In this document: one piece after another, positions 9,792 through 20,271 of the stretch | Position numbering within the stretch: position 1 is the stretch's first letter | Layout: each line of letters opens with the position of its first letter | DNA from: Nibricoccus sp. | GTDB lineage: Bacteria > Verrucomicrobiota > Verrucomicrobiia > Opitutales > Opitutaceae | Direction: 5' to 3' | DNA: 64,000 nucleotides | Assembly (NCBI GenBank): GCA_047602425.1 | Contig: JASGHG010000001.1 | Location: 1,504,001-1,568,000 of the forward strand | Position numbers and translations under genes: made by a program | Notes under the pieces: generated by a model | Seen by the model: the letters and a program-made list of their open reading frames with translations, nothing else | Databases searched by the model: none | Told to the model about the DNA's origin: nothing

Positions 9792-11222
9792 CTATTTTGC
9801 CGCTTGGATCGCTTCGAAACGCTGGAGGAGTTCGACGTATTCCCACATCGGACCACGGACGCCTCGTCGGCGCAGTTTGTCCATCGTCACGAGGAAATCC
9901 GGCGGCGGATCGCCAATAATCCAATTGTGAGATTGCGTTCGAACCTGACTCAAACGCGCATAAACATCCTTCACCGTAAAACCGGGTGCGAGGTAGAACC
10001 GCGGATCGACAAGATAATCGCCGGGAACTTCCCCGTTCTTCTCGGGATTGATTTCCCGCCAAAGCGGCGTGCCGGGATAAACGCGCATGCCAATGGTCGC
10101 GAAATAATACGAGCCGGGCAGCGATTGCGCCCGGACAATCGTTTCCTCAAGCGTCTCCTTCGTTTCGCCGGGGCCGCCCACAATCAGGAAGTGACTGTAA
10201 TTAAGCTTCATGTCGTAGGCGAGGCGGCTGACGTCCTCGATTTCCTTGTAGCAAAAACTTTTCCCGTAGCGCTTGAGGACAGGATCGGAAAAACTATCGG
10301 AGCCAAATTCGACGTGGCGCAATCCTGCATCGCGCATCATCTCGAGAACCTCACGGGTGATCAGGCGGCTCGGGCGGAGAAAACATTCCCATTCGATGCC
10401 GAGCTTGGCGCGTATCAGCTCATTGCATACATCGCGCACGTGGTCCGGACGGGTGTTGAAGACGGAATCGACGATAAAGGTATATTTCACGCCGAGCTCG
10501 GCCATGCGCCGCAGTTCCGCCACGACTTCCGCGCCGGTGCGGTAACGACTGCGTTTGCCCTCAATCAATGGATAGGTACAATAACAACATTTGAGCGGAC
10601 AGCCGCGCTGGGTTTGGACGCCGGGTAGCGAGCCTTCGGCGAGATAGCTCTTCATGATTTCGGGATCATGATAGGGTTCGGCCGTGAAGACCGCGTCGGA
10701 AGGATTGCGCGGCAGATGCTTCGGCTGGCCCGAATTATCGCGATAGTGCAAGCCGCTGATGCCGTCAAAAGTCGAACCACTGATAATCGACTTGATCAGG
10801 CGGGGCAGCGTTTCCTCGCCTTCGCCTTCGATGCCGTAGTCCACCTTGGTCAGCTCGTACAACTCCTTTGGAAAAACGGAAAAACCGCTGCCGCCAAGAA
10901 TGAGCGTGGCTCGCGTCACTTCCCGCACCCGCTTGCAGCAGTCGAGCAATTCGTAGATGAAAGACTTGGGGTTATGGCATTGAACGTTGTCGATATTGCG
11001 CAACGTAAGCCCGATGAAGTTGGGTTTGTACGCCGCGATGCATTCCTCGAGCGTCCGCCCCGGAATGCGCGCGTCCCACGTCTTCGTATCCAATCCGTGA
11101 CTACGCAAGGCGCCCGCCACATAAGCCAGTCCGAGCGGGTAGACCGGATATGGCTGGTCGTACTTGTTCAGGTTTACCAACAAGACCCGGCTGCAGCCGG
11201 AAGTTTCATCGATGGAAATCAT
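9792..11222 (-). CDS. B12-binding domain radical SAM protein (lipid-cluster type)
   Basis: YPLGLAYVAGAL cobalamin-binding-type N-terminus; QTQRGCPLKCCYC (CxxxCxxC). Confidence 0.9.
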   Translation of the reverse strand: MISIDETSGCSRVLLVNLNKYDQPYPVYPLGLAYVAGALRSHGLDTKTWDARIPGRTLEECIAAYKPNFIGLTLRNIDNVQCHNPKSFIYELLDCCKRVREVTRATLILGGSGFSVFPKELYELTKVDYGIEGEGEETLPRLIKSIISGSTFDGISGLHYRDNSGQPKHLPRNPSDAVFTAEPYHDPEIMKSYLAEGSLPGVQTQRGCPLKCCYCTYPLIEGKRSRYRTGAEVVAELRRMAELGVKYTFIVDSVFNTRPDHVRDVCNELIRAKLGIEWECFLRPSRLITREVLEMMRDAGLRHVEFGSDSFSDPVLKRYGKSFCYKEIEDVSRLAYDMKLNYSHFLIVGGPGETKETLEETIVRAQSLPGSYYFATIGMRVYPGTPLWREINPEKNGEVPGDYLVDPRFYLAPGFTVKDVYARLSQVRTQSHNWIIGDPPPDFLVTMDKLRRRGVRGPMWEYVELLQRFEAIQAAK

Positions 11223-11315
11223 GCGCGCGTCTCCTCTGTGAAATGGGCGACGACGTGAGCGGCAAGCGTGAAGACATTCATTGTTGGTGTAAAAAGCATG
11301 GATCCAAAAAGCTGA

Positions 11316-13688
11316 TTATTTTGCCCCACCCTCCCGGTTTTGTCCAATCGCCTCGCGGGAAAATGGCTCAAGCTCCACCACCAGCAGAGCGGTGACCACA
11401 ATCAGCGCGACCATCTGGCCAAGTGCCGAGATCACAGGGATATGGCTAAGCGCAAGTACGCCGAAGGAAGCCGCTGTCGTCATCGCGGAGAGCCGGATCG
11501 AAGGAGGCGGAAGATCGCCGCGCGCGGCATTTTCCGCCGAAAAGATCGCGTAATTGTGGCTCAGGCAGACGCCGAGAAACGCCCCGAGGAGGTGAAACAG
11601 ATTCAAGGTCTGGCCCGCCAGTCCCAAAAGCCCGAAGGCAAACAGGCAACTGCCGGCCGGCAGCGAAAAAATCAACAAGCCGCGCCGCAAGCCATAGACC
11701 ACAAAGACACTCAATCCCACCAATCCAAGTCCCACCGCGCTCAACCAAAGCGCCGACACGCGGTAGCGGCCGAAAAGGTGATTGAACGATTCCAGTTGTG
11801 CCGAGCTGACCGTGGCGAGCGTTGGCGGCGGTTCTGCTCCAGCCGGATGGTTCGTCAAGGTTGCGTACCAACTCGCCTTCGGACCGGCTTCCATCATCAG
11901 ACCGAGCGGGCCCGACAACACGCTTCCGAGTCCGGAAACCAATTCGTCATAAGCCGGACGTTTCTCACGAACCAATAATTCCCGCCACGCCCCAAAGAAC
12001 GGCTCGAAGGCGTCGGCCTCAAACCCTTGCGCGGCCAGTGAGGTCCGCAATGCCGATTCGAAATCCGCCAGCTTCCGCAAATTGTCGTCGAAATGCGCCC
12101 ACTGCTCCGGCTCGGGCAATACCGAACCGACAGACACCGCTGTGCTGCCGGGAAACGCCTGGGCGTGCCATGCGTGGAAGCGACTCAATGCCGCCCGCGC
12201 CTCAGCCGCAGAAGGCCCCCGCGTCAGATAGATCGATTGCGAATCGTTTTCTCCAAAGAGTGCATGAACTTCCTCCGCATTGGCCCGCAATTCCGGCGAG
12301 GAAATATCAAGATCGCGGATGTCGTCTCGCCAGTGCAGCCGCGCAATGCCCACCGCAACCACTAAACATGCCACCAACGCGGCCCAACGCAGCACGTTCT
12401 TTCGACCGGCTCCCGGGAGCCTTGTGTGAATCAGCGCGCGCGTCTCCCACCAAGTGTCCTTCGATTGGGCGTACCAAAGAAAAGCAGCTCCCAGCGCACA
12501 AAGCAGTCCCGCACTGACGAACACCCCGAGTTGCCTGATCAACGGCAGATCCGAAAACAGGAGTAACAAAAAGCCGGTGATGGCGGTCAGCGAACTTGCC
12601 AGCAGCGGCTTCAACAGTCGGCGAGCCTTTTCCAGTGGCGGTTCACCAGCTGCGCGCGGAGGTTGCAGAAAAAGATAAAAACCGTAGTCGACCGCCACGC
12701 CACCCAACAACGAACCGACGACAAAGACCAAAACATGCACGCGCGAAAATACGGTGGTGGTTACAATCCATGCGCCCAACAGCGAAAAAATCAGCACAGG
12801 TGCGAGATTCAAAGCCTTGTAGGGCCGTCGCACCCCGGCAAAACCGATCGCGAGCACCGCCACGAGCGAAAGCAGGTTTAGGCCTGACATTTCGCCTTCG
12901 ATCCGCCGACGGCTCGCCTCGGCGAACCGACTGATGGCGGACCAGCGAAGTTCAAATTTGCCCAGGGCCGCGGCGGCGGTTTCGGCGTCGGCCACCGCTT
13001 TGAAAACCGGCGCCTGCCCTTCTTCTTTCAGGGGTGACGCCGTCGTGCGTGCCCAGATTAATATATTGCTGCCGTCCTTCCCCGCCCCGGCCATGCCGGA
13101 AAATGCCTGCCATGGTTCGAGGGCGCGTGGCACGAGCAAAAGGGGATCGGAGGGAAGCATGTCCTGAAAAGCCATCGCCTCTGGCTTCGCCAGAAAGGCC
13201 GAAAGCTCGCTCGCCGTTTTTTCGGCGGCCCAGTGCGCGAAATCCGTCCGCCTTGGTCCGGTGTCGTATTCGGTTTTCCACGACGCCAGCTTCGCCGGAA
13301 GAAGCAAATCGAGGCGTTGATCGAAAATATGTTTTCCGACCGGTACAAAAGCCTGCGTGTCGCCGAGCCTCACGACTTCGGCAAACGCCGGCGAACCTCG
13401 CAAGGTCTCGATGAACTTGTCCGTCATCCGCTCACGAAGCGCCTTCGCCTCGCCACCGCTTTGTGTTTCCGAAAAACGAAGGACCAGCAGGACAACCCGG
13501 GCAATGCGATCGTTGGCCAGTTGCCTGACCAGCGCCAGTTCCGGCTCGCGCTCGTCGGCGGGAATCAGCTCAAGCACGTCCGTCGAAACCTTGCGATCAT
13601 AGTCAAACCGCCAGAACCAAAGACCTCCCGCCAGTACCAAAAAGGCGAGAACCAGACGTGCAACGATTTTATGACGAGGCGCAGACAT
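11316..13688 (-). CDS. MMPL/RND-like exporter (ApeM-like)
   Basis: Two TM bundles each after a large soluble loop; GVAVDYG motif; cluster context. Confidence 0.85.
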   Translation of the reverse strand: MSAPRHKIVARLVLAFLVLAGGLWFWRFDYDRKVSTDVLELIPADEREPELALVRQLANDRIARVVLLVLRFSETQSGGEAKALRERMTDKFIETLRGSPAFAEVVRLGDTQAFVPVGKHIFDQRLDLLLPAKLASWKTEYDTGPRRTDFAHWAAEKTASELSAFLAKPEAMAFQDMLPSDPLLLVPRALEPWQAFSGMAGAGKDGSNILIWARTTASPLKEEGQAPVFKAVADAETAAAALGKFELRWSAISRFAEASRRRIEGEMSGLNLLSLVAVLAIGFAGVRRPYKALNLAPVLIFSLLGAWIVTTTVFSRVHVLVFVVGSLLGGVAVDYGFYLFLQPPRAAGEPPLEKARRLLKPLLASSLTAITGFLLLLFSDLPLIRQLGVFVSAGLLCALGAAFLWYAQSKDTWWETRALIHTRLPGAGRKNVLRWAALVACLVVAVGIARLHWRDDIRDLDISSPELRANAEEVHALFGENDSQSIYLTRGPSAAEARAALSRFHAWHAQAFPGSTAVSVGSVLPEPEQWAHFDDNLRKLADFESALRTSLAAQGFEADAFEPFFGAWRELLVREKRPAYDELVSGLGSVLSGPLGLMMEAGPKASWYATLTNHPAGAEPPPTLATVSSAQLESFNHLFGRYRVSALWLSAVGLGLVGLSVFVVYGLRRGLLIFSLPAGSCLFAFGLLGLAGQTLNLFHLLGAFLGVCLSHNYAIFSAENAARGDLPPPSIRLSAMTTAASFGVLALSHIPVISALGQMVALIVVTALLVVELEPFSREAIGQNREGGAK

Positions 13689-13693
13689 GCGTC

Positions 13694-14335
13694 TTAGCGG
13701 AAATACGCCTTCTTTTCCTCGGGCGTGAATTCCATGCCCTGGCGCGTTTCGCCGATGAAAATTTCCACCCGTTGCATCGCCGAGCGGCGAAATTCGAGTT
13801 GTCGCATCATATTCCCGCTGCCCAAAGCCGTGATTCGCCCAAGCGTGCTCGCAAGTTGTGCATCACGCGGCACGAAATCCAGACGCCACTCGTCGCCTTC
13901 CCGCACGGCATAAACCTGAAAGGCCTGATCCAGCTTCTGCCAGTCGAAGTTTAGAATCGGAAGGAGCGCCGTGGTAGCAGCGGGGGAGTTGGGGTCTACG
14001 GGAATTTCCCGCTGATGGCTGTTCTGATCGCGCAGGAGCAAGCCACGGGAATCGATGACGATCGTCCTTTTCTCCGGATCGGTATAACCAAGACTCATAC
14101 CCAACTCTGGCGAAAGTCGCATCACGCCCTTGAGCACCACGGGGATTTTTTTAAAGGGAAACCAACGATGTTCGGTGAATTCGGATACCACCGAGCGGCG
14201 CGCGCCCAGCTCCGCGAAAAGCGGCAGCCATGCGGCGTCGTTTTTGCCCGCGACCAACTGCGGTCCCATTTCAGGAATCGCGGCCGCCTGCAAAACCAGC
14301 GCGGCAAAGAACAAAAAAATGGAAAATCGTTTCAT
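13694..14335 (-). CDS. LolA-like periplasmic carrier (ApeL-like)
   Basis: Signal peptide; SEFTEHR...LKGVMRLS, WRLDFVP; next to the MMPL gene. Confidence 0.75.
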   Translation of the reverse strand: MKRFSIFLFFAALVLQAAAIPEMGPQLVAGKNDAAWLPLFAELGARRSVVSEFTEHRWFPFKKIPVVLKGVMRLSPELGMSLGYTDPEKRTIVIDSRGLLLRDQNSHQREIPVDPNSPAATTALLPILNFDWQKLDQAFQVYAVREGDEWRLDFVPRDAQLASTLGRITALGSGNMMRQLEFRRSAMQRVEIFIGETRQGMEFTPEEKKAYFR

Positions 14336-15093
14336 GCGGTTTTACGGCGGAAGATCAGCCCAGCCCAGCGGAACAGCAACAGCTGTGTGATAAGTCGCGT
14401 GTGCAGCCAGATCATCCGCAGATTGTCGCGCAGGTAATGAAAATGCGAGATGCCGCCTTCCTCGCGGGAAAGGTAGCGACAGGTCGCAGGGACGTTGATC
14501 GTCGGCGTGCCAGCCCAGACCAGGCGAACGGCGACCTCCGGATCGAAATCGTAGCGACGAGCCCAACGCGTGGAGGAAAGCACGCTCGCAAGCGGGGCAA
14601 GGGGATAAACCCGGAAACCGAAGAGCGGGTCGGCGATCGCTTTGCCGAACGTTTCGAAATGCACCAAACCCACGCTGAGTTTGCGTCCCTGCAGCCGGAC
14701 CTGCGGCGCCTCGGGCCCAAAGACCGGCTGGCCGAGGACGAGCGCCTCCGGACTTTGTTGCGACATCTGCATGAATTCGGCGATGCGATCCGCCGGATGC
14801 TGGCCGTCGGCATCCATGACCAGCGCATGGGTAAAGCCCGCCGCCAGCGCTTCCTGCGCACCGGCAAGCACGGCCGCTCCTTTTCCGCCGTTCTTCGGCA
14901 AGCTGACAATGCGCAACCCCGGAGCGATCTCCTCCATTTCCTCAACCAATCGACCGCTGCCATCTGTGCTGCCATCGATGACAACCCAAACCGGTTGCCA
15001 GTGAACAAGCGCCTCGCGCACCGTCGCAGCGAGGCGTTCCGCCCCGGTGTTGTAGCTGGGAATCAGCACGAGATGGGTGGTCGAAGCGCTCAT
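14332..15093 (-). CDS. Glycosyltransferase family 2
   Basis: LIPSYN, VIDGSTDG, NGGKGAA, MDADGQH; ATGA overlap with the upstream gene. Confidence 0.9.
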   Translation of the reverse strand: MSASTTHLVLIPSYNTGAERLAATVREALVHWQPVWVVIDGSTDGSGRLVEEMEEIAPGLRIVSLPKNGGKGAAVLAGAQEALAAGFTHALVMDADGQHPADRIAEFMQMSQQSPEALVLGQPVFGPEAPQVRLQGRKLSVGLVHFETFGKAIADPLFGFRVYPLAPLASVLSSTRWARRYDFDPEVAVRLVWAGTPTINVPATCRYLSREEGGISHFHYLRDNLRMIWLHTRLITQLLLFRWAGLIFRRKTA

Positions 15094-15842
15094 GCTGTTG
15101 CTGGAACGCGAAGCGTTTCCGAAATCCTTTTTTCGATTTCCGCCGTCAAAACGGAGGCGTGACGCTCTTCCACGTGCTCCCAACGACGATCGAGCGTGAT
15201 TTCCACGCGAATGGGCATCTCCGCCGGCACCTTCCACCAGGGGCGCCCGCGCGCAGTCGCCTCGGTCATCCGAATCAGAATCAATTGCACCGGCGCCCGC
15301 GATTGCGCTGCGATGATGGCAAAGCCCGGTTTAAAAGGCGCAGGCACGCCTCCCGGCTCAGTTCGCGTCCCTTCCGGAAAAATCAAAATGGAGCAACCCT
15401 GCGCCACCTTCTCCGAGGCAGCGCGAATCACATCGACCCCGGCGTCGCCCGAAACATATTCGGCCATGATGGCGGCGGGGCCGATCACCGGATTGCGCAT
15501 CAGACTGGGTTTGAAAATGCAGACGGCATTCGGCAGCCGGGCGAGGAGGAACGTGGCATCGATCAACGCGGGATGGTTCGCGATATAGACCGTACCGGGT
15601 TTGAGTGGTTCGTCAAAGCCATGCCAGCGCATCCGCACCGCGCGGCTCGCATGCAGCCACTTCAGCCAAAAATCGAACAGTATTCGGATCGCAGCCCGCA
15701 CGCCATTGCCGCGGGCATGCCGGTTCGGCAGCGGCAACAGGCAAATGCAGGCCAGGTTCAACCCCAGCCCGACCGCTCCAAAGAAAAACCAGGAAAGATA
15801 ATAAATAACGACGTAATAGGCGCGTTTGCCCCGGGTGATCAT
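15090..15842 (-). CDS. PlsC-like lysophospholipid acyltransferase (ApeD-like)
   Basis: NHPALID (HX4D) and FPEGTR. Confidence 0.9.
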   Translation of the reverse strand: MITRGKRAYYVVIYYLSWFFFGAVGLGLNLACICLLPLPNRHARGNGVRAAIRILFDFWLKWLHASRAVRMRWHGFDEPLKPGTVYIANHPALIDATFLLARLPNAVCIFKPSLMRNPVIGPAAIMAEYVSGDAGVDVIRAASEKVAQGCSILIFPEGTRTEPGGVPAPFKPGFAIIAAQSRAPVQLILIRMTEATARGRPWWKVPAEMPIRVEITLDRRWEHVEERHASVLTAEIEKRISETLRVPATA

Positions 15843-16765
15843 GCGGCCACCTCCGGCTTCGTCGTCGGGTTGAGCGGAATGAAATTAAACCAATGGTACG
15901 GAGACACCCGCAACAGCTCCTCCAATTGCGTGAGGAAGCCTTGAAAATGCGCCCTCGCCCGTTGCAAACCGGCCTCGCGCGATTCGCCCGCCGATGGCTC
16001 GAAACGCGGCGAGGCATGCAGCCAGGAGTGTCCCGGTCCGGGCAAGCCAACCGATAGAATAACCGGACGGTTAAAGATGAACGCCAGGTGATAAATCGTA
16101 AACGGGAACCAGCGTTTAGCTCCAAGAAATTGGAAGGCTTCGGTCTTGGCCGAGAAATCCACCCGGTCGCATTGCAGCGCGATGGCGGCGTCGCTGCGCG
16201 CGGCATCTTTGAGCGCAAAAAGCATTTCCGACGGCTGGTTGATCCAGATGAATTCCAACCCTTTCCCAAAACGCGCGGAGAGACGCTCGGTGTCGTGTGA
16301 ATTGCCCACACGCATACGGACAAGATAAATCCGCCCCTTGTTCATGCCGCCAAGTTGGAAACCCAACAGATCCGACACACCGACGTGAAACGTTCCCAGC
16401 AGCGCAGGTCCGCCCTGCGTGTACCACTCGCGAAACGCATCCGCGCCGGCCGCAAATTGGCACGGATAAGGCCGGCCGTTGGCCACCCGCAGACGTTGCA
16501 TCAGCGCTTCCTCGAAAGCGAAAAAATGCCGGCAGACCTCCAGCCACGAGGGGTCGCGACCGAGCATGACTCGCAAATATTCGCGCGAATGTCGGCGCTG
16601 CGCCGGCATGCCCGCGACGGCAACCGCCGTACCGATTGCTCGCAAGGGCCGAAAAATCATTTCGGGCAAAATCAGATCGGTGATGCGCAGAAACTGATAG
16701 CCCCAGCCCGGGCCGGGATTGCGCGCACCGTGACTTTCCTGCGGCAGTTCCTGCGCCGGCGTCAT
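15839..16765 (-). CDS. LpxL/LpxP-like acyltransferase
   Basis: GTFHVGVSD (HX4D), ALQCDR, FLG, C-terminal PYHWFNF; start at the ATGA overlap 16765. Confidence 0.8.
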   Translation of the reverse strand: MTPAQELPQESHGARNPGPGWGYQFLRITDLILPEMIFRPLRAIGTAVAVAGMPAQRRHSREYLRVMLGRDPSWLEVCRHFFAFEEALMQRLRVANGRPYPCQFAAGADAFREWYTQGGPALLGTFHVGVSDLLGFQLGGMNKGRIYLVRMRVGNSHDTERLSARFGKGLEFIWINQPSEMLFALKDAARSDAAIALQCDRVDFSAKTEAFQFLGAKRWFPFTIYHLAFIFNRPVILSVGLPGPGHSWLHASPRFEPSAGESREAGLQRARAHFQGFLTQLEELLRVSPYHWFNFIPLNPTTKPEVAA

Positions 16766-17424
16766 GATTTGCTCCATACGAGCTGGAGCTTCAGACCCGG
16801 CAGCATTGGGCCATTGTAATTGTTGCGGCTTTCCAGCAAGCCGAACCATTCGTAAAGTGACAACCTGCCCACGGAGTCGGAATCCTCGACCACCGCGACC
16901 CGCCCCACGGAGCCCGCCGCATCGTCGCGCCCCAGCCCGAGTGCAAATGCAAATGTGCGCCCGCTCGCCACCCCTCGTTCGCGCAGCCAGGTGCCACGTT
17001 CCTCGCCGCCGCAAAACAAGACGCGCGCAGCGGGGTTTATCAAAGCGGCTACAAGCGCATGCCCGGCCAGGCCGCCAGCACCGGCAAAAGGGAAAAGTTC
17101 CGGCACGCCGCGCTGACGTCCGATGAGCCCCTGCTGCACGCCGCTGGGATGAATCGAGGTTTGAAACATCGTCGGGCTGGCGCTGGGAAAGCTTTCGAGA
17201 AAAGCCTCGAGCGCGCGACTCTCGCCGTATTCCGACGCGTACACCACGGCGTCGGCCGATGATGGATCGAGTGCGCCCAGAACCGAACCCGTCAACATAC
17301 CCAACTGGGTCATGCGGCGGGCCGCGCCGGCCGGGAAACGGGACTTCAAGCGTTCGCGGGTGGCCGCCGGCTCCTCCAGCCCGGGCGATTCGGTAAAAAC
17401 AGCCTGGATCGTGCGTTCAATCAT
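16762..17424 (-). CDS. Ketosynthase chain-length-factor-like protein (ApeC-like)
   Basis: ARRMT, ASEYGE, SPTMFQTSIH; no catalytic triad. Confidence 0.75.
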   Translation of the reverse strand: MIERTIQAVFTESPGLEEPAATRERLKSRFPAGAARRMTQLGMLTGSVLGALDPSSADAVVYASEYGESRALEAFLESFPSASPTMFQTSIHPSGVQQGLIGRQRGVPELFPFAGAGGLAGHALVAALINPAARVLFCGGEERGTWLRERGVASGRTFAFALGLGRDDAAGSVGRVAVVEDSDSVGRLSLYEWFGLLESRNNYNGPMLPGLKLQLVWSKS

Positions 17425-18532
17425 GGGCGAGGAGAAGGGCCGCGTGCGCGCCCCCGAAGGCGTTGCTCGCGCAAAGCACGGCATCGAATTCACGGTTTGA
17501 AAATGGTTCGGTTGCGACGTTCTTCGTGAAGGCCGGCGCCGCCGTGCCGACCGTGCCCGGACTGCGGCCGGCGCGGATGGACTCAACGGCGATAGCGAGT
17601 TCCACTAATCCGCAGCTGCCCAACGTGTGACCGAGGCTGCCCTTCCAGCCGACGAGCGGCGCGTCAGGGAAAGCCGCAGCGAGACGGTTCGATTCAAGGC
17701 GCCCCGCTTCCAGCGTGCCAGTGCCGTGGCCTTTGATCCAAAGGCGCCGGCCGTTAGCTTTTTCCAAAATTGGCGCGAGGCAGGCCTGAAAGCCCGCGCC
17801 ATCCGGCTGATTGGCCGTGAAGTGAAACATCTCGTTGTGCAGGTTCTGCGCGAGGATTTTGAAACCCTGGCCTTCGCGCGATAACACCGCGTAAGCCGCG
17901 CCGTCGCCGAGTCCGATCGAGCCGGTGGCACGATCCATGTAAGGCGCGGGAAAATCGGTGTTGAGAATTTTCAGCGCGTGAAAACCGCCGGCCACGAATG
18001 GACTGATAAAATCGAACGTCGCCACCAGCGCTTCGTCCGCGAGCCCGGAACTTACGATCCGCGCGGCATGCACGAGGCCGAGATGAGCCGAAACGCAGGC
18101 GTGGGAAAAAATTGCGAAGTTGTCGCCCCACCCCTGTTCACGCCTCAACCAATCGACACACGCCTGAGGGGAACCAAAGGCCAGATGCCCTTCATCTCCC
18201 GTTTTGCGAAAAGCGTGCAGACTGCCCACCCCAAAATTGCTGCTCGTGACGAAAATCGGGCGGCGCGCACTGCCCCAGCGATGCCCGGCCACGGGAGCGA
18301 AAAGTTTTTTCACCGCCGCACCCCAGGCCGGTGGATTGGTTTCATCCATCGCTCGACCGGGCAGCAACGCCACGGGCACGAGATCGCCGCCATCCACACC
18401 TGCCACCGGGACGGGTTTCAACGCTTTGTCACCGCGCAAAAGCGCCGCGCAGGTCGCGGACGCATCGCCAAATGGAGTAAGGCAACCGCAGTCGGTGACT
18501 TTGACGGCGTTGGAATCTGCCGGAAAAGGCAT
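17417..18532 (-). CDS. Beta-ketoacyl-ACP synthase (divergent, ApeO-like)
   Basis: SHACVSA, KGHGTGT, GHTLGSCG, SNAFGG (Cys-His-His intact). Confidence 0.85.
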   Translation of the reverse strand: MPFPADSNAVKVTDCGCLTPFGDASATCAALLRGDKALKPVPVAGVDGGDLVPVALLPGRAMDETNPPAWGAAVKKLFAPVAGHRWGSARRPIFVTSSNFGVGSLHAFRKTGDEGHLAFGSPQACVDWLRREQGWGDNFAIFSHACVSAHLGLVHAARIVSSGLADEALVATFDFISPFVAGGFHALKILNTDFPAPYMDRATGSIGLGDGAAYAVLSREGQGFKILAQNLHNEMFHFTANQPDGAGFQACLAPILEKANGRRLWIKGHGTGTLEAGRLESNRLAAAFPDAPLVGWKGSLGHTLGSCGLVELAIAVESIRAGRSPGTVGTAAPAFTKNVATEPFSNREFDAVLCASNAFGGAHAALLLAHD

Positions 18533-18544
18533 GAGGGGTTAAAA

Positions 18545-18820
18545 TCAGGACGGCAGTCGTGACGGATCGGCACGCTGACGAATAAAAGCTGCAAGACCCG
18601 CCACGCTCGACAGCGCCTGTTTCGATTCTTCGCTGCTGCCGATTTTAATGCCGAACTCCTTTTCGAGTTTCACCACGAGCTCAAGTGCATCAATGGAATC
18701 GAGCGCAAGGCCGGTGCCAATCAATGGCTCCGCGTCCTTAATTTCCTCGGGTTTGACCCCTTCAAGTCGAAGGGTTTCAACAATGATGTGTTTCAAGCGG
18801 TTTGTGAGGGGGTCGGCCAT
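18545..18820 (-). CDS. Acyl carrier protein
   Basis: GLALDSIDALELV phosphopantetheine site. Confidence 0.92.
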   Translation of the reverse strand: MADPLTNRLKHIIVETLRLEGVKPEEIKDAEPLIGTGLALDSIDALELVVKLEKEFGIKIGSSEESKQALSSVAGLAAFIRQRADPSRLPS

Positions 18821-18987
18821 ACGAAAAAGTGTCCTTTAGTGAGGCGGCTAGCCCGGTGTGCCGCAAGCCCGGAACTTGCCCTTTTAAAAAATGCGCTCGC
18901 GGAGCCACTTCTGCGGAACCGCAACGTGAGTCAGGAGATATTCCGAGGCTTTGAGCGCCGGCCCGGACCTCAAGGCGGTTCGCAGGT

Positions 18988-20271
18988 TTAAGCCACGGTC
19001 TTCAAAACGTGGCAAACATTGCTGCCACCAAAGCCGCTGCTGTTGTTCAAAACAACATGCGGTCGCACCGCCTCCGTGGCGCGCGGCAGGTTCAGTCCCG
19101 CGCAAGACTCGTCGGGTGTGACCAGGTGCGGATTGCCCGGAATATAACCTTCCTTCATCGCCAATGCGCAAAAGGCCGCCTCCATTGCGCCCGCCAGCGA
19201 AAGCGGATGACCGGTGAGGGCCTTCGTGCTGCTGATGCGGGGCGTCGCGCCTGCGCCGTCAAAAAGCGTCTTCAACGCGATGGCTTCCGCCCGGTCGCCG
19301 ACCGGCGTGGAAGTGCCGTGGGCGTTGACATAGTCGATATCGGCTGGTTTTACCCCGGCGTCGGCCAGGGCGCGGCTCATTGCGCGATGCAAACCCGCAC
19401 CGGCAGGATGGGACATCGCCACGCTGTGTCCGTCGGCCGCCTGTCCCCAACCTGCGACTTCCGCATAAACGGGGGCGCCGCGCGCGGCAGCGAGCGAGGC
19501 TTCTTCGAGAATCATCACAACCGAACCACCTGCACCGACAAAACCGTCCCGCGCCACATCGAAGGGCCTGGAAGCCTTGCCCGGATCGCTTTGCGCCGAA
19601 AGGGCGCGCATCGCGGCGAAGGGCAGCAGTGTCTCCGCGTTGAGCTCCTCTGCGCCCACTACGATGATGCGCTTGAGACGGCCGAGGCGAATCTCGTCAC
19701 AGCCATAACCAATCGCATGGCTGGCGGAGGCGCAGGCCGAGACAAAACCGCAAACGGCGCCGGTGATATGGAAGTGCGCCGCGAGATTGAAGTTCAAGGT
19801 GCCCGCGATCGAACTGACCACGCCCATCGGGTTCCCACGTTCGCCCTTCACGGCATGCATTTGCGCCAGATTGTTATACATCAACATGGCCGAACCGGCA
19901 GATGCGCAAAAAATTCCCGTCTGGTCGTCGTTGGCGATATCCTCTGGTTTAAGACCGGCGTCGGCCAGTGCCTGGGTCAGCGCGCAAAAAGCGTAAACAC
20001 CGTGCGGAGCCATCCCACGCAACGTTTCGCGCGGCAGATCGTAGCGCGCCGGCCAGGTCCAGTCCCGGGGATTCGGACTGTCGACGTTGAAGTCCTTGAC
20101 CGTTCCCGCGACTTTTACCGGGATCGCGGGGTTTCCCAAAAACTCCACGTTCGCGAGGCCGTGGCGCCCCGCGCGCAAGCTGGCATCGACCGACGCGCGG
20201 TCGTTTCCGATCGGCGTGATGAAACCCAGGCCGGTGATGAGGACGCGGCGGCCGCCGGAAATGGAAGACAT
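18988..20271 (-). CDS. Beta-ketoacyl-ACP synthase (FabB/FabF family)
   Basis: SACASA, NAHGTST, STKALTGH, NSSGFGG. Confidence 0.93.
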   Translation of the reverse strand: MSSISGGRRVLITGLGFITPIGNDRASVDASLRAGRHGLANVEFLGNPAIPVKVAGTVKDFNVDSPNPRDWTWPARYDLPRETLRGMAPHGVYAFCALTQALADAGLKPEDIANDDQTGIFCASAGSAMLMYNNLAQMHAVKGERGNPMGVVSSIAGTLNFNLAAHFHITGAVCGFVSACASASHAIGYGCDEIRLGRLKRIIVVGAEELNAETLLPFAAMRALSAQSDPGKASRPFDVARDGFVGAGGSVVMILEEASLAAARGAPVYAEVAGWGQAADGHSVAMSHPAGAGLHRAMSRALADAGVKPADIDYVNAHGTSTPVGDRAEAIALKTLFDGAGATPRISSTKALTGHPLSLAGAMEAAFCALAMKEGYIPGNPHLVTPDESCAGLNLPRATEAVRPHVVLNNSSGFGGSNVCHVLKTVA

